From assembly GCA_945787155.1 (NCBI GenBank), contig CALZHD010000002.1, forward strand, positions 7,548-71,547: DNA of 64,000 bases. Direction: 5' to 3'. Source of the stretch: an uncultured Gammaproteobacteria bacterium. Lineage in GTDB: Bacteria; Pseudomonadota; Gammaproteobacteria; SZUA-140. The position numbers were made by a program, and so were the translations under genes. Shown here in pieces: positions 45,202 through 54,221 of this stretch. Position 1 is the stretch's first letter; each line of letters begins with the position of its first letter. A model generated the notes under the pieces. That model had not been told where the DNA came from. It did not search any database and was given only the letters and a program-made list of their open reading frames with translations.

Positions 45202-45339
45202 TTATTGGCCCGATTTTTTGCGGGTCTTTTTCTTGACCATAAAATAAAGCACAAATATTCCCCCCACGCAAAGTATTGAGGCAATACCAACCCCCGATAG
45301 AATGGTGAACATGTTCTCTCTTAACCAGTCGTTTCCCAT
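45202..45339 (-). CDS. unannotated 45-aa single-TM small protein (MGNDWLRENMFTILSGVGIASILCVGGIFVLYFMVKKKTRKKSGQ)
   Basis: ORF falls below the 60-aa cutoff of the track. AGAGGG RBS 5 nt upstream of ATG. One hydrophobic helix followed by a lysine-rich tail. Confidence 0.35.
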   Translation of the reverse strand: MGNDWLRENMFTILSGVGIASILCVGGIFVLYFMVKKKTRKKSGQ

Positions 45340-45366
45340 CTGTTCCCTCTGTCAGTGCTAGCTCTT

Positions 45367-46791
45367 TTATAATGTGTCAGCTGGGTAGCGCTTGGTGATT
45401 GCGGAAAATTCGTCCAGATTCTCAAGGAAGATATTGACCAGTGTGGGGTCAAAATGTTTACCACTTTGCTCCTTGATTGATTCAACGACACGCGCTAGCT
45501 CCCATGCCTCTTTATAAACCCTTCTACAGGTTAATGCATCAAAAACATCGGCAAGTGCAATAATGCGTCCATAGATGTGGATCTCTTCACCCTTGAGACC
45601 CTGCGGATAGCCGCTGCCATCCCATTTTTCATGATGTTGTAGGGCAATAATTGCACCTGCCTTGAGAATGTCGCGTTCAGAGTGACCTAACATTGTGTAA
45701 CCGATGCGGGTGTGGTTTTTCATTATTTCGAATTCATCGTCAGTGAGTTGGCCAGGCTTTAACAGAATGCTATCTGGGATGCCGATCTTGCCAAGGTCAT
45801 GCAGCGGCGAAGCCGCGGTGATGTTGTCGACTTCTTTCTCAGAGAGGCCAGCCTTGCCCGCTAGCAGTCGGCTATAGAGGGAGACGCGCCGGGTGTGATT
45901 GCCGGTCTCTTTGGAGCGCTGCTCTTCAATCACGCCGATGGTAAAAACCGTTTCACGCAGCGTGCTTTCGATCTCGTCATTCAGTGCAATCAGCTCTTCA
46001 TTTTTCTGGTGTAACTGATCCTGATGCGCGATGATTTCGGAGTTGAAGAGGTTGATCTCATTGGCAACGTTGGTGAACTCCTTGGTAGCGAATTGATCGA
46101 GACAGACCGGCTCTTTTTTCTCATAGGCGTTGATGGTCTTGTCGACCAGTGTGTCGAGCGGACCCTGCACATGGCGTTGAATGGTGCGCGAGGTATTCAC
46201 CAGAATCAATATCAGGAAGACAAACGAGATTGCCAGCATGCCTACGATGACGATCACAGAATAATTACGGTATTTTGATGCGTCCATGACGATGTCTACG
46301 GCACCGAGCACTGTCCCCTCGGTGACGTTATGACACGCCAGGCAGTTCAGCGAACCGCTCGGTGATGCGACGTACGGCACTACTACCCGAATGGTGGGAT
46401 GGTATGAAAACTCGTCGAGTACAAATACAGGTTCCATGGTCTCGAAGGCCTTGCGCGCGGTGGCATCGACGTCATTAACTTCGTGTTCTATTGCGCGTCC
46501 GGGACCGAACTGGTCGCTCACTTCATTGCTGCGAATGATAGTGAGTCGGTTGACCTGATGAAGTTGCTTGATCTCTTCCAGAAAGTAATCACGCTTATCC
46601 ATGATGCCGGCCTTCATGTGCGCGGTGAGGCCAGCACGTACCAGCTCGGCCTGTGACAGTGCCTGGTCTTCCAGTGCCTGTTTTGATAGTGCTCGAAAGT
46701 TTAGCCCGGTGACAATGAGCATGATGGCGGCTAAAACAAGCAGAAAGTTGACTAGCGTTTTGACGGTGATGCTTTTGATGGAGGGTTTCAT
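45367..46791 (-). CDS. HD-GYP phosphodiesterase with periplasmic CXXCH (heme c-type) sensor domain
   Basis: TM1 - ~130-aa periplasmic domain containing NCLACHNV - TM2 - coiled-coil linker - HD-GYP domain (HD...HHEKWDGSGYPQGL). Confidence 0.85.
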   Translation of the reverse strand: MKPSIKSITVKTLVNFLLVLAAIMLIVTGLNFRALSKQALEDQALSQAELVRAGLTAHMKAGIMDKRDYFLEEIKQLHQVNRLTIIRSNEVSDQFGPGRAIEHEVNDVDATARKAFETMEPVFVLDEFSYHPTIRVVVPYVASPSGSLNCLACHNVTEGTVLGAVDIVMDASKYRNYSVIVIVGMLAISFVFLILILVNTSRTIQRHVQGPLDTLVDKTINAYEKKEPVCLDQFATKEFTNVANEINLFNSEIIAHQDQLHQKNEELIALNDEIESTLRETVFTIGVIEEQRSKETGNHTRRVSLYSRLLAGKAGLSEKEVDNITAASPLHDLGKIGIPDSILLKPGQLTDDEFEIMKNHTRIGYTMLGHSERDILKAGAIIALQHHEKWDGSGYPQGLKGEEIHIYGRIIALADVFDALTCRRVYKEAWELARVVESIKEQSGKHFDPTLVNIFLENLDEFSAITKRYPADTL

Positions 46792-46987
46792 AAGAATCTG
46801 ATATATATGCGAACAGCGGCGATTCTAGCAGATGTCTCGCTGTTCTGTGCAAATAAATGTATTAATTTTCCATGTTATTTTGAGGGGCATCAAATATATT
46901 TCGGCCTAAAGCTGGGAGAGCTTGAGGCAGCAGGACGTTTTGCAGGCTTATATCATTGTTAGCCGCTGATGAGCTGGAGGAGTATTA

Positions 46988-47452
46988 CTATTTCAGTCCG
47001 AGTATGATGCCGCCCGAAATGAACCATTGATCGTTGACGCGCCGCAGGTTGATGGTCTCGCGAATTTTGTTCGATTTACCGGAGGGGGTAAATCGGTATT
47101 CGATCATATGGGTGACGCGAGCACTGTTCATTGCGATGGTGGGTTGTGCCTTTTGGTAGATGAATTCAATTTGCTCATCAGTGGAGAAGAGTCGCTCGAT
47201 ATCGCTAATAAGATTTTCATACGGCACACCACTGCTGGAATAGTCGGGTAGCAGAATGGTTTTATAGAGCGCCAGGTCTTTAGTGTCGATCGCCTGTTTA
47301 CGTATCTCGAGGATTTTGTCGACACCGGCGATCGATTCCTCGACTGGCACTTCAACCTCACAGCCGCTTAACAAGGCGAGCACAATGAGTGTACAGATAA
47401 ATTGAGGGAAGCGATTGAGTGCTGTTAAGTTTGTGTTGTTACTGCGATGCAT
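46988..47452 (-). CDS. hypothetical lipoprotein
   Basis: Signal peptide with lipobox LLSGC. 154 aa. No catalytic motifs. Confidence 0.5.
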   Translation of the reverse strand: MHRSNNTNLTALNRFPQFICTLIVLALLSGCEVEVPVEESIAGVDKILEIRKQAIDTKDLALYKTILLPDYSSSGVPYENLISDIERLFSTDEQIEFIYQKAQPTIAMNSARVTHMIEYRFTPSGKSNKIRETINLRRVNDQWFISGGIILGLK

Positions 47453-47524
47453 GTTGACTGTTCCTGTTGTCTTCGTTTACAGATTATAACTTGATCGGAG
47501 TATCTGGCGTGACAATTGCCAATA

Positions 47525-48427
47525 TTATAGTGGTTGTTTTTCATCCTCAAGAAACAGTGCCGGGTCGACCCGCGCATCGTTGAGGCTTACCCCCCAGTGT
47601 AGATGTGGTCCGGTGACGCGGCCGGTCTCACCCACCGTACCAATGACATCGCCGCGCGCTAATTGATCTCCTTCTTTGACGCTAATGCTATCGAGGTGAA
47701 TGTACATCGTGATCAGCCCCTGGCCGTGGTCGATAAAGACTGAATTGCCGTTGAAGAAGTAGTCGCCGACGTTAATCACCGTCCCATCGGCAGGGGCGAT
47801 GATCGGTGTGCCTGTCGCGGCGGCGATGTCCATGCCGCTATGCGGTCTGCGTGGTTGACCATTAAAGATGCGCCGCAGACCAAAAGAGCTGCTGCGTGGT
47901 CCTTCAATGGGCGCGATAAAGGTCAAATGGCTGGCAGGGTTATCATCCCAGTGATCGAGGGCACTGGCGATCAACTTTTTCTCTTTGATGATGCGCTTCA
48001 TGTCTTCTGCATTGGGATTGACCTTACGTTTGTTGGTGATCGTCAGGCGCTGCGTTTTATAGGCCTTGTCTGCAATGGTGAACTGATGAGTGATCGTCTG
48101 ACCTGAGACTGTCTGTTGTTCAATCTGCTGTGTGCCGATTTTGGCGGTGAGGGGGATGCCGACCACAGCGAGCCAGCGTCGATCCTGGTTGATCACCATC
48201 ACCGGCTTTTTATTATAGTGAACCCGAGGTGTTTCACCGCGGCTGTCTGCCGCGAGTTCAATGATCACCACACCACCGGGCACGGCAGACTCCTGTGGCA
48301 GTGTGATCGCATGTGCAAGACTTTGAGCGAGGATTAGCAGCAGCGCCAATGCGCTGCCCACCAATCGCTGGCCGGGGCCTGTTGCGCCGTTTTTCAGCTG
48401 AGATTTACCGGGATGTTTCTGGATCAT
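47525..48427 (-). CDS. M23-family peptidoglycan metalloendopeptidase
   Basis: Signal peptide, then an M23 domain with HxxxD (HSGMDIAA) and HLHWG motifs. Start set at the internal Met (MIQKH) to avoid overlapping xseA. Confidence 0.8.
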   Translation of the reverse strand: MIQKHPGKSQLKNGATGPGQRLVGSALALLLILAQSLAHAITLPQESAVPGGVVIIELAADSRGETPRVHYNKKPVMVINQDRRWLAVVGIPLTAKIGTQQIEQQTVSGQTITHQFTIADKAYKTQRLTITNKRKVNPNAEDMKRIIKEKKLIASALDHWDDNPASHLTFIAPIEGPRSSSFGLRRIFNGQPRRPHSGMDIAAATGTPIIAPADGTVINVGDYFFNGNSVFIDHGQGLITMYIHLDSISVKEGDQLARGDVIGTVGETGRVTGPHLHWGVSLNDARVDPALFLEDEKQPL

Positions 48428-49811
48428 GGATGGTTTTCCTGACATCGCAAACAAGGCGCCCCTGCGCGAGTTGTGTCTCGACGGTATCGCCAATGTTGAT
48501 ACCCTTTATATCGCGCAACAGACGTCCATCTTGATGGTTACGCGTGATCGAAAAGCCGCGCCCCAGCGTGGCGAGCGGGCTGACGGCATCCAGCGCACGT
48601 CCCACCCCCTGCAGCTGTTGTCGGCGTTGTTGTAGTGCCTGTTGCATCACACGTTGCAGGCGTGAACTGAGCTGTTGTTGTGTTGCCAGTAACTGATGAA
48701 TCTGTCGTTGCGGATTGTGTTGCTGTAATTTTGCAGATGCATGGGTCAGTTCACTGCGGCACTGTTGCAGCCGTTGCTGCATGCTGCGTTGCAAGCGCTG
48801 ATCCAGCTCATCGAGGCGCTGGTTTTGTTGCCGCAATTGCTGGCCAGGGTGTTGCTGTTGCAGCCGTTTATCAAGCCAGCTGAGCTGTTGTTGCCGTTGT
48901 GTCAGGCGTTGTTGCATCACTGTTTGCAGACGCGATTGATGTTGCGCAAGGCGCTGCTGCCATACGGCGCGATCCGGGCTTACCAGCTCGGCGGCGCCAG
49001 AGGGGGTGGGCGCGCGCAGGTCGGCGACAAAATCGGCAATGGTAAAATCGACCTCATGGCCGACGCCGCTGACGATCGGAATGGGGCACTGATGGATGGC
49101 ACGTGCCACCTTCTCTTCATTGAAGGCCCACAGGTCTTCAAGCGAACCACCGCCGCGGGCGACGATCAGCACGTCACACTCATTGCGTCGTGTGGCCGTC
49201 TTTAGCGCTGCCACGATCTCCGCCACCGCCGCATCACCCTGTACCGCGACCGGATAGATCACCACCGGAATCGACGGAAAACGGCGCTGGAGAATCTGCA
49301 AAATATCGCGCACCGCCGCGCCGCTGGGTGAGGTGATGACCCCGATCTGTTTGGGCAGCGGCGGCAGCGATTTTTTGCCCGCTTCATCGAATAGCCCTTC
49401 GGCATCGAGGCGCTGTTTGAGCTGCTCGAAGGCACGGCGTAGCGCACCGTCACCTGCCTCTTCCATATGTTCGACGATCATTTGATAGTCGCCACGCGCC
49501 TCATAGAGGCTTAGCTGAGCACGTACCAGCACCTGGTCACCATTCTCCGGCTGGAAGCGCAGGCGGGCATTTTTTCCACGAAACATTGCGCAGCGGATCT
49601 GTGCCGAGGGGTCTTTGAGGGTGAAATACCAGTGGCCGGAGGTGGGGCGCGCCAGGTTCGAAATCTCCGCCTCAACCCACACCAGTGGGAAATTGCCTTC
49701 CAGCAGACCGCGCACCTCGCGATTGAGGCGCGAAACGCTAAAAATCTCGCGCTGAGGCCGTGTGGTCTCAGGTGCAGTGTAGAAATCTCGGAATTCGCTC
49801 ATGGGTATCAT
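48405..49811 (-). CDS. xseA: exodeoxyribonuclease VII large subunit
   Basis: 468 aa. N-terminal OB-fold, catalytic core, and a C-terminal Gln-rich coiled-coil repeat region typical of XseA. Confidence 0.92.
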   Translation of the reverse strand: MIPMSEFRDFYTAPETTRPQREIFSVSRLNREVRGLLEGNFPLVWVEAEISNLARPTSGHWYFTLKDPSAQIRCAMFRGKNARLRFQPENGDQVLVRAQLSLYEARGDYQMIVEHMEEAGDGALRRAFEQLKQRLDAEGLFDEAGKKSLPPLPKQIGVITSPSGAAVRDILQILQRRFPSIPVVIYPVAVQGDAAVAEIVAALKTATRRNECDVLIVARGGGSLEDLWAFNEEKVARAIHQCPIPIVSGVGHEVDFTIADFVADLRAPTPSGAAELVSPDRAVWQQRLAQHQSRLQTVMQQRLTQRQQQLSWLDKRLQQQHPGQQLRQQNQRLDELDQRLQRSMQQRLQQCRSELTHASAKLQQHNPQRQIHQLLATQQQLSSRLQRVMQQALQQRRQQLQGVGRALDAVSPLATLGRGFSITRNHQDGRLLRDIKGINIGDTVETQLAQGRLVCDVRKTIHDPETSR

Positions 49812-49876
49812 GATAACATCTTGAACAAAATAGAAAATCCATCGTTCTAACCGATTGAGCTGGCCAATATTGGCGG

Positions 49877-49905
49877 TTTACCGCAGAGGTCGCACTCTCT
49901 ATAAT
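49877..49905 (+). promoter_or_regulatory. sigma-70-like promoter for guaB (TTTACC-17 bp-TATAAT)
   Basis: -35 TTTACC (49877-82), exact 17-bp spacer, -10 TATAAT (49900-05), about 32 bp upstream of the guaB ATG. Confidence 0.45.
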
Positions 49906-49936
49906 ACCCGGCTAGTTTTTGATAGGGGTCCACTAT

Positions 49937-51394
49937 ATGCGAATTGCTCAAGAAGCATTCACCTTCGACGATGTTCTGTTACTGCCGGACCATTCCACCG
50001 TGCTGCCCAGAGAGGTCGATCTCAAGACTCGTCTGACGCGTGATATTACCCTCAATATTCCGCTGGTCTCATCGGCGATGGATACCGTCACCGAGGCGCG
50101 CCTCGCGATCGCGCTGGCGCAAGAGGGTGGCATCGGCATCATCCACAAAAATATGACCGCCGAGCAGCAGGCCAACGAGGTTCGTGCTGTTAAGAAATAT
50201 GAGAGTGGTGTCATTAAGGATCCCATCACCGTGGCGCCGAATGTCACTATCCGTGAGGTGATGCAGATCACCCGCTTCAACAACATCTCCGGCGTGCCGG
50301 TGGTCGATGGCGAAGAGCTGGTCGGCATTGTCACCAGTCGTGACCTACGTTTCGAGACCCAGTTCGATAACCCCATCTCCAGTATCATGACGCCCAAGCC
50401 GCGTCTGGTGACGGTCAAAGAGGGTGCCGAGAAGGATGAGATCCTCTCGCTGCTACACAAACATCGCATCGAGAAGGTGCTGGTGGTCAATGACAGCTTT
50501 CACTTGCGCGGGCTGATCACCGTCAAGGATATCCAGAAATCGACCGACTTCCCCAATGCCTGTAAAGATAGCGTGGGGCATCTACGTGTCGGTGCCGCGG
50601 TGGGTACCGAAGCGGATGGTCGCATTGAAGAGCTGGTCGGCGCCGGGGTCGATGTATTGATCGTCGATACCGCGCACGGTCATTCACAAAAGGTGCTGGA
50701 TCGTGTCAGTTGGGTCAAAAAGAATTTTCCACAGGTGCAGCTGATCGGCGGTAATGTTGGTACTGGTGAGGCCGCCAGGGCGCTCGCCGATGCGGGCGCC
50801 GATGGCGTTAAGGTCGGTATCGGTCCCGGTTCGATCTGCACTACCCGTATCGTCACCGGTGTCGGTGTGCCGCAGGTCACCGCGATTGCCAATGTCGCCA
50901 ATGCCCTTAAAGGCACCGGCGTGCCATTGATTGCCGATGGCGGTATCCGTTTCTCGGGTGATCTTGCCAAGGCGATTGTGGCGGGTGCGCACGCGATTAT
51001 GATCGGCAGCATGTTTGCCGGTACCGAAGAGTCACCCGGTGAGGTCGAACTCTTCCAGGGGCGTTCCTATAAGTCTTATCGCGGCATGGGGTCACTCGGT
51101 GCGATGAGCGCCGCACATGGTTCCAGTGATCGTTACTTCCAGGAAGAGAACCAGATTGAAAAACTGGTACCGGAAGGGATCGAAGGCCGTGTTGCCTATA
51201 AAGGTAGCATGGTAGCGATTGTCCATCAGCTACTCGGCGGTCTGCGTGCCAGCATGGGGTATACCGGTTGTGCCGATATCGAAGAGATGCGTACCAAACC
51301 GCGTTTTGTACGCGTTACCGGTGCGGGCATGAGGGAGAGCCATGTGCATGACGTGACGATCACCAAAGAAGCACCGAACTATCGCATCGATTAA
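49937..51394 (+). CDS. guaB: IMP dehydrogenase
   Basis: TIM barrel with an inserted CBS pair. Catalytic loop [11 protein letters not shown]. 486 aa. Confidence 0.97.
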   Translation: MRIAQEAFTFDDVLLLPDHSTVLPREVDLKTRLTRDITLNIPLVSSAMDTVTEARLAIALAQEGGIGIIHKNMTAEQQANEVRAVKKYESGVIKDPITVAPNVTIREVMQITRFNNISGVPVVDGEELVGIVTSRDLRFETQFDNPISSIMTPKPRLVTVKEGAEKDEILSLLHKHRIEKVLVVNDSFHLRGLITVKDIQKSTDFPNACKDSVGHLRVGAAVGTEADGRIEELVGAGVDVLIVDTAHGHSQKVLDRVSWVKKNFPQVQLIGGNVGTGEAARALADAGADGVKVGIGPGSICTTRIVTGVGVPQVTAIANVANALKGTGVPLIADGGIRFSGDLAKAIVAGAHAIMIGSMFAGTEESPGEVELFQGRSYKSYRGMGSLGAMSAAHGSSDRYFQEENQIEKLVPEGIEGRVAYKGSMVAIVHQLLGGLRASMGYTGCADIEEMRTKPRFVRVTGAGMRESHVHDVTITKEAPNYRID

Positions 51395-51477
51395 ATTAAG
51401 TCAGCTCTGGACCTGATTTTCTGGGCCTGATTTTCTGGATTGGTTTTTTTACCACTTAACAACAAGAAAATATCACC

Positions 51478-53061
51478 GTGACTGACCATAACATCCATTC
51501 CGACCGCATCCTGATCCTCGATTTTGGTTCTCAATATAGCCAGCTGATTGCACGCCGCGTGCGCGAGGCCGGTGTTTACTGCGAACTACATGCGTGGGAT
51601 ATGGGTGAGCAGGCGGTCCGCGCCTTCAAGCCTAAAGGGATTATCCTTTCCGGTGGGCCGGAGTCGGTCACCGGTGGCGATGAGGCTCCGCGTGCGCCTG
51701 ATGTGGTGTTCCAGTTAGAAGTGCCGGTACTCGGTATCTGCTACGGCATGCAGACGATGGCGGCGCAGATGGGTGGTGAAGTGGAGAGTGCCGACCATCA
51801 CGAATACGGCCATGCGCAGGTGCGTGCCCGTGGCCATTCACAATTGTTGCTCGATATCGAAGATCACACTACAGTGGAAGGGTACGGCATCCTCGATGTG
51901 TGGATGAGTCATGGCGATCGTGTTAACAAGCTGCCGGAAGGATTTAAATTGATTGCCAGTACCGATAGCGCGCCGATCGCCGGTATCGCCGATGAGTCGC
52001 GTGGCTTTTATGGCCTGCAGTTTCACCCCGAGGTCACTCACACCCGTCAGGGCAAGCGTATTATCGATCGCTTTGTTCACTTTATCTGTGGCTGCGAACA
52101 GTTGTGGACGGCTGAAAATATTATTGATGATAGCATCCAGCAGGTGCGTGAACAGGTCGGTACCGATGAGGTATTGCTGGGGCTCTCCGGCGGGGTCGAT
52201 TCATCGGTGGTCGCCGCACTGCTGCATAAGGCGATTGGCGATCACCTTACCTGCGTCTTTGTCGATAACGGCCTATTGCGCCTCAATGAAGGCGATCAGG
52301 TGATGGCAGTCTTCGCTGAGCATATGGGGGTCAAGGTGATCCGTGTCGATGCCGAGGCGCGTTTTTTAGACGCACTCGCAGGGGTCGATGACCCGGAACA
52401 GAAACGCAAGATCATCGGTAACCTCTTTGTCGAAGTCTTTGAGGAAGAAGGTGAGAAGCTAAAGAATGTGAAGTGGCTGGCGCAGGGGACGATCTATCCC
52501 GACGTGATTGAGTCGGCCGGCGCCAAGAGTGGCAAGGCCCATGTGATCAAATCGCACCACAACGTCGGTGGCCTGCCAGAAGAGATGAAACTGAAACTGG
52601 TCGAGCCACTGCGTGAGCTCTTCAAAGACGAAGTGCGGCGTCTTGGTGTCGAGCTGGGGTTGTCGCACGGCATGGTCTATCGTCATCCGTTCCCGGGGCC
52701 AGGCCTTGGGGTGCGTATCCTCGGTGAGGTGAAGAAAGAGTACGCCGATCTACTGCGCCGCGCCGATGCAATCTTCATCGAAGAACTCTACAATCATGAC
52801 TTCTATCATAAGGTGAGTCAGGCGTTCACCGTCTTTCTGCCGGTGAAGTCAGTCGGCGTCGTCGGGGATCAACGTCGTTATGAATACGTGGTCGCGGTGC
52901 GTGCCGTTGAGACCATCGACTTCATGACCGCACGCTGGGCACACCTGCCGTATGAACTGCTGGAGACCGTCTCCAGCCGCATCATCAATGAAGTCTCCGG
53001 GATCTCGCGTGTCACCTACGATATTTCTAGTAAGCCGCCTGCCACGATTGAGTGGGAGTGA
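51478..53061 (+). CDS. guaA: GMP synthase (glutamine-hydrolysing)
   Basis: N-terminal class I GATase (ICYGMQ) plus ATP-PPase P-loop SGGVDSSV. 527 aa. Confidence 0.97.
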   Translation: MTDHNIHSDRILILDFGSQYSQLIARRVREAGVYCELHAWDMGEQAVRAFKPKGIILSGGPESVTGGDEAPRAPDVVFQLEVPVLGICYGMQTMAAQMGGEVESADHHEYGHAQVRARGHSQLLLDIEDHTTVEGYGILDVWMSHGDRVNKLPEGFKLIASTDSAPIAGIADESRGFYGLQFHPEVTHTRQGKRIIDRFVHFICGCEQLWTAENIIDDSIQQVREQVGTDEVLLGLSGGVDSSVVAALLHKAIGDHLTCVFVDNGLLRLNEGDQVMAVFAEHMGVKVIRVDAEARFLDALAGVDDPEQKRKIIGNLFVEVFEEEGEKLKNVKWLAQGTIYPDVIESAGAKSGKAHVIKSHHNVGGLPEEMKLKLVEPLRELFKDEVRRLGVELGLSHGMVYRHPFPGPGLGVRILGEVKKEYADLLRRADAIFIEELYNHDFYHKVSQAFTVFLPVKSVGVVGDQRRYEYVVAVRAVETIDFMTARWAHLPYELLETVSSRIINEVSGISRVTYDISSKPPATIEWE

Positions 53062-53227
53062 CCGGCACTGACAGGCAATGTCTGGCACTGGCTGGCATCA
53101 CAGCTGAGGCTTCAAGATCTAGCAGCCAAGCGATAGACTGTATAACCATACAGAATCGCAAGGACGACCTGAGCGTAAGTGAAGAAGTGCTGAATGAAAC
53201 CCGAAGGGGTTCTACAGTGCGCAGATT

Positions 53228-53596
53228 ATGCCCCAAGTGGCGGCCAGGACGTCCACCCGGGACGAGGATGCTGGTCGTTACCAGCGCCACCGGACCGAGC
53301 AAACCCTGCTCTATCGGATCGTCGAAGAATACTCCCCGGCGTTCGCTGGCCATTTGGCGGAGCAGGGCAGGGAGTTGCCGGCGTATATGCGACGGGAGTT
53401 CGAGGATTACCTGAAATGCGGCCGTCTCGAACATGGTTTCCTGCGGGTGCGCTGCGAGTCCTGTCACGCCGAGCACCTGGTAGCCTTTAGTTGTAAACGA
53501 CGCGGCTTCTGCCCGAGTTGCGGGGCGCGGCGCATGGCCGAGAGTGCGGCGCTGCTGGTCGATAAAGTCCAACCCGAACAGCCTGTGCGGCAGTGA
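53228..53596 (+). mobile_element. IS91-family transposase N-terminal fragment (zinc-binding domain only)
   Basis: YQRHRTEQTLLYRIVEEY...RCESCHAEHLVAFSCKRRGFCPSCGARRM matches the IS91/ISCR Tnp zinc-finger N-terminus. The ORF stops after 122 aa where the sequence switches to a photolyase fragment on the opposite strand. Confidence 0.7.
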
Positions 53597-53617
53597 GTGT
53601 TGAGTTTCCCATTCCAG

Positions 53618-53986
53618 CTACGCTTCCTGTTCGCCTTTCACATCAAATCGTTTCGCCTGCGTTTGCGGGTTGAACACGCGGTAGTACGGCGCGGCATCGA
53701 CCAGGGTATCCCGGAACCAGTCGGCGCCCTGTTGCCAGCCGATACCCAGGTTCTTGGTCAGGAACGAGGCAACGATCATACGCACCCGGTTATGCATCCA
53801 GCCGGTTTCCCATAGCTGTTGCATACCTGCATCGACCAGTGGACCTCCGGTCCTGCCATGTTTCCAGGCGTCGAAATGACGCTTGTGCTGACGCCAGAAT
53901 GACTTTTTATATAGAGGGTTCATTGCCCGTGTTGCGGTATGCGGGTAGTGCCACAGAACATGGCTGGCAAACTCACGCCACAGCAA
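53618..53986 (-). pseudogene. DNA photolyase/cryptochrome fragment (FAD-binding domain, truncated at both ends)
   Basis: LLWREFASHVLWHYPH...GRTGGPLVDAGMQQLWETGWMHNRVRMIVASFLTKNL...YYRVFNPQTQAKRFD is colinear with residues ~270-420 of class I CPD photolyase. Stop codons lie immediately upstream and the C-terminus ends prematurely. Confidence 0.75.
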
Positions 53987-54157
53987 CTGCCTAGGCGTAC
54001 TTTATGGTGCAAGCGAAGGCAGATTAAAAAAGATGCACAACAATGATGCGTCATTTTTATATGTCCACGTGTGATATTAATCGTACAACTTATATATCTT
54101 ATTGAGATATTTAGTAATTAATGTATTTACCTGCATTTGTAGGAATAAAAATTTTCA

Positions 54158-54173
54158 TGGCACAGATATTGCC
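54158..54173 (+). promoter_or_regulatory. sigma-54 (-24/-12) promoter TGGCAC-N5-TTGC upstream of GSIII gene
   Basis: Exact consensus TGGCACagataTTGCc positioned about 50 bp upstream of the 54222 start codon. Confidence 0.6.
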
Positions 54174-54221
54174 CACTTAAATAGTATTAAATGAAATATT
54201 CTTGCGATTATTAATGAGGAA

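Noticed and set aside
48405-48493. 88-bp overlap between the xseA 3' end and the longest M23 peptidase ORF
   Set aside because: Resolved by choosing the internal Met (48427) that immediately precedes a credible signal peptide. Likely an ORF-caller artefact, not a real overlap.
53084-53104. TGGCAC-TGGCT-GGCAT as a second sigma-54 promoter downstream of guaA
   Set aside because: The -12 GC dinucleotide is shifted by one position relative to the TGGCAC-N5-TTGC consensus. No downstream gene start at an appropriate distance.
53027-53572. 181-aa minus-strand ORF overlapping guaA 3' end and the IS91 fragment
   Set aside because: Shadow ORF antisense to clearly homologous coding sequence (IS91 Tnp zinc finger).
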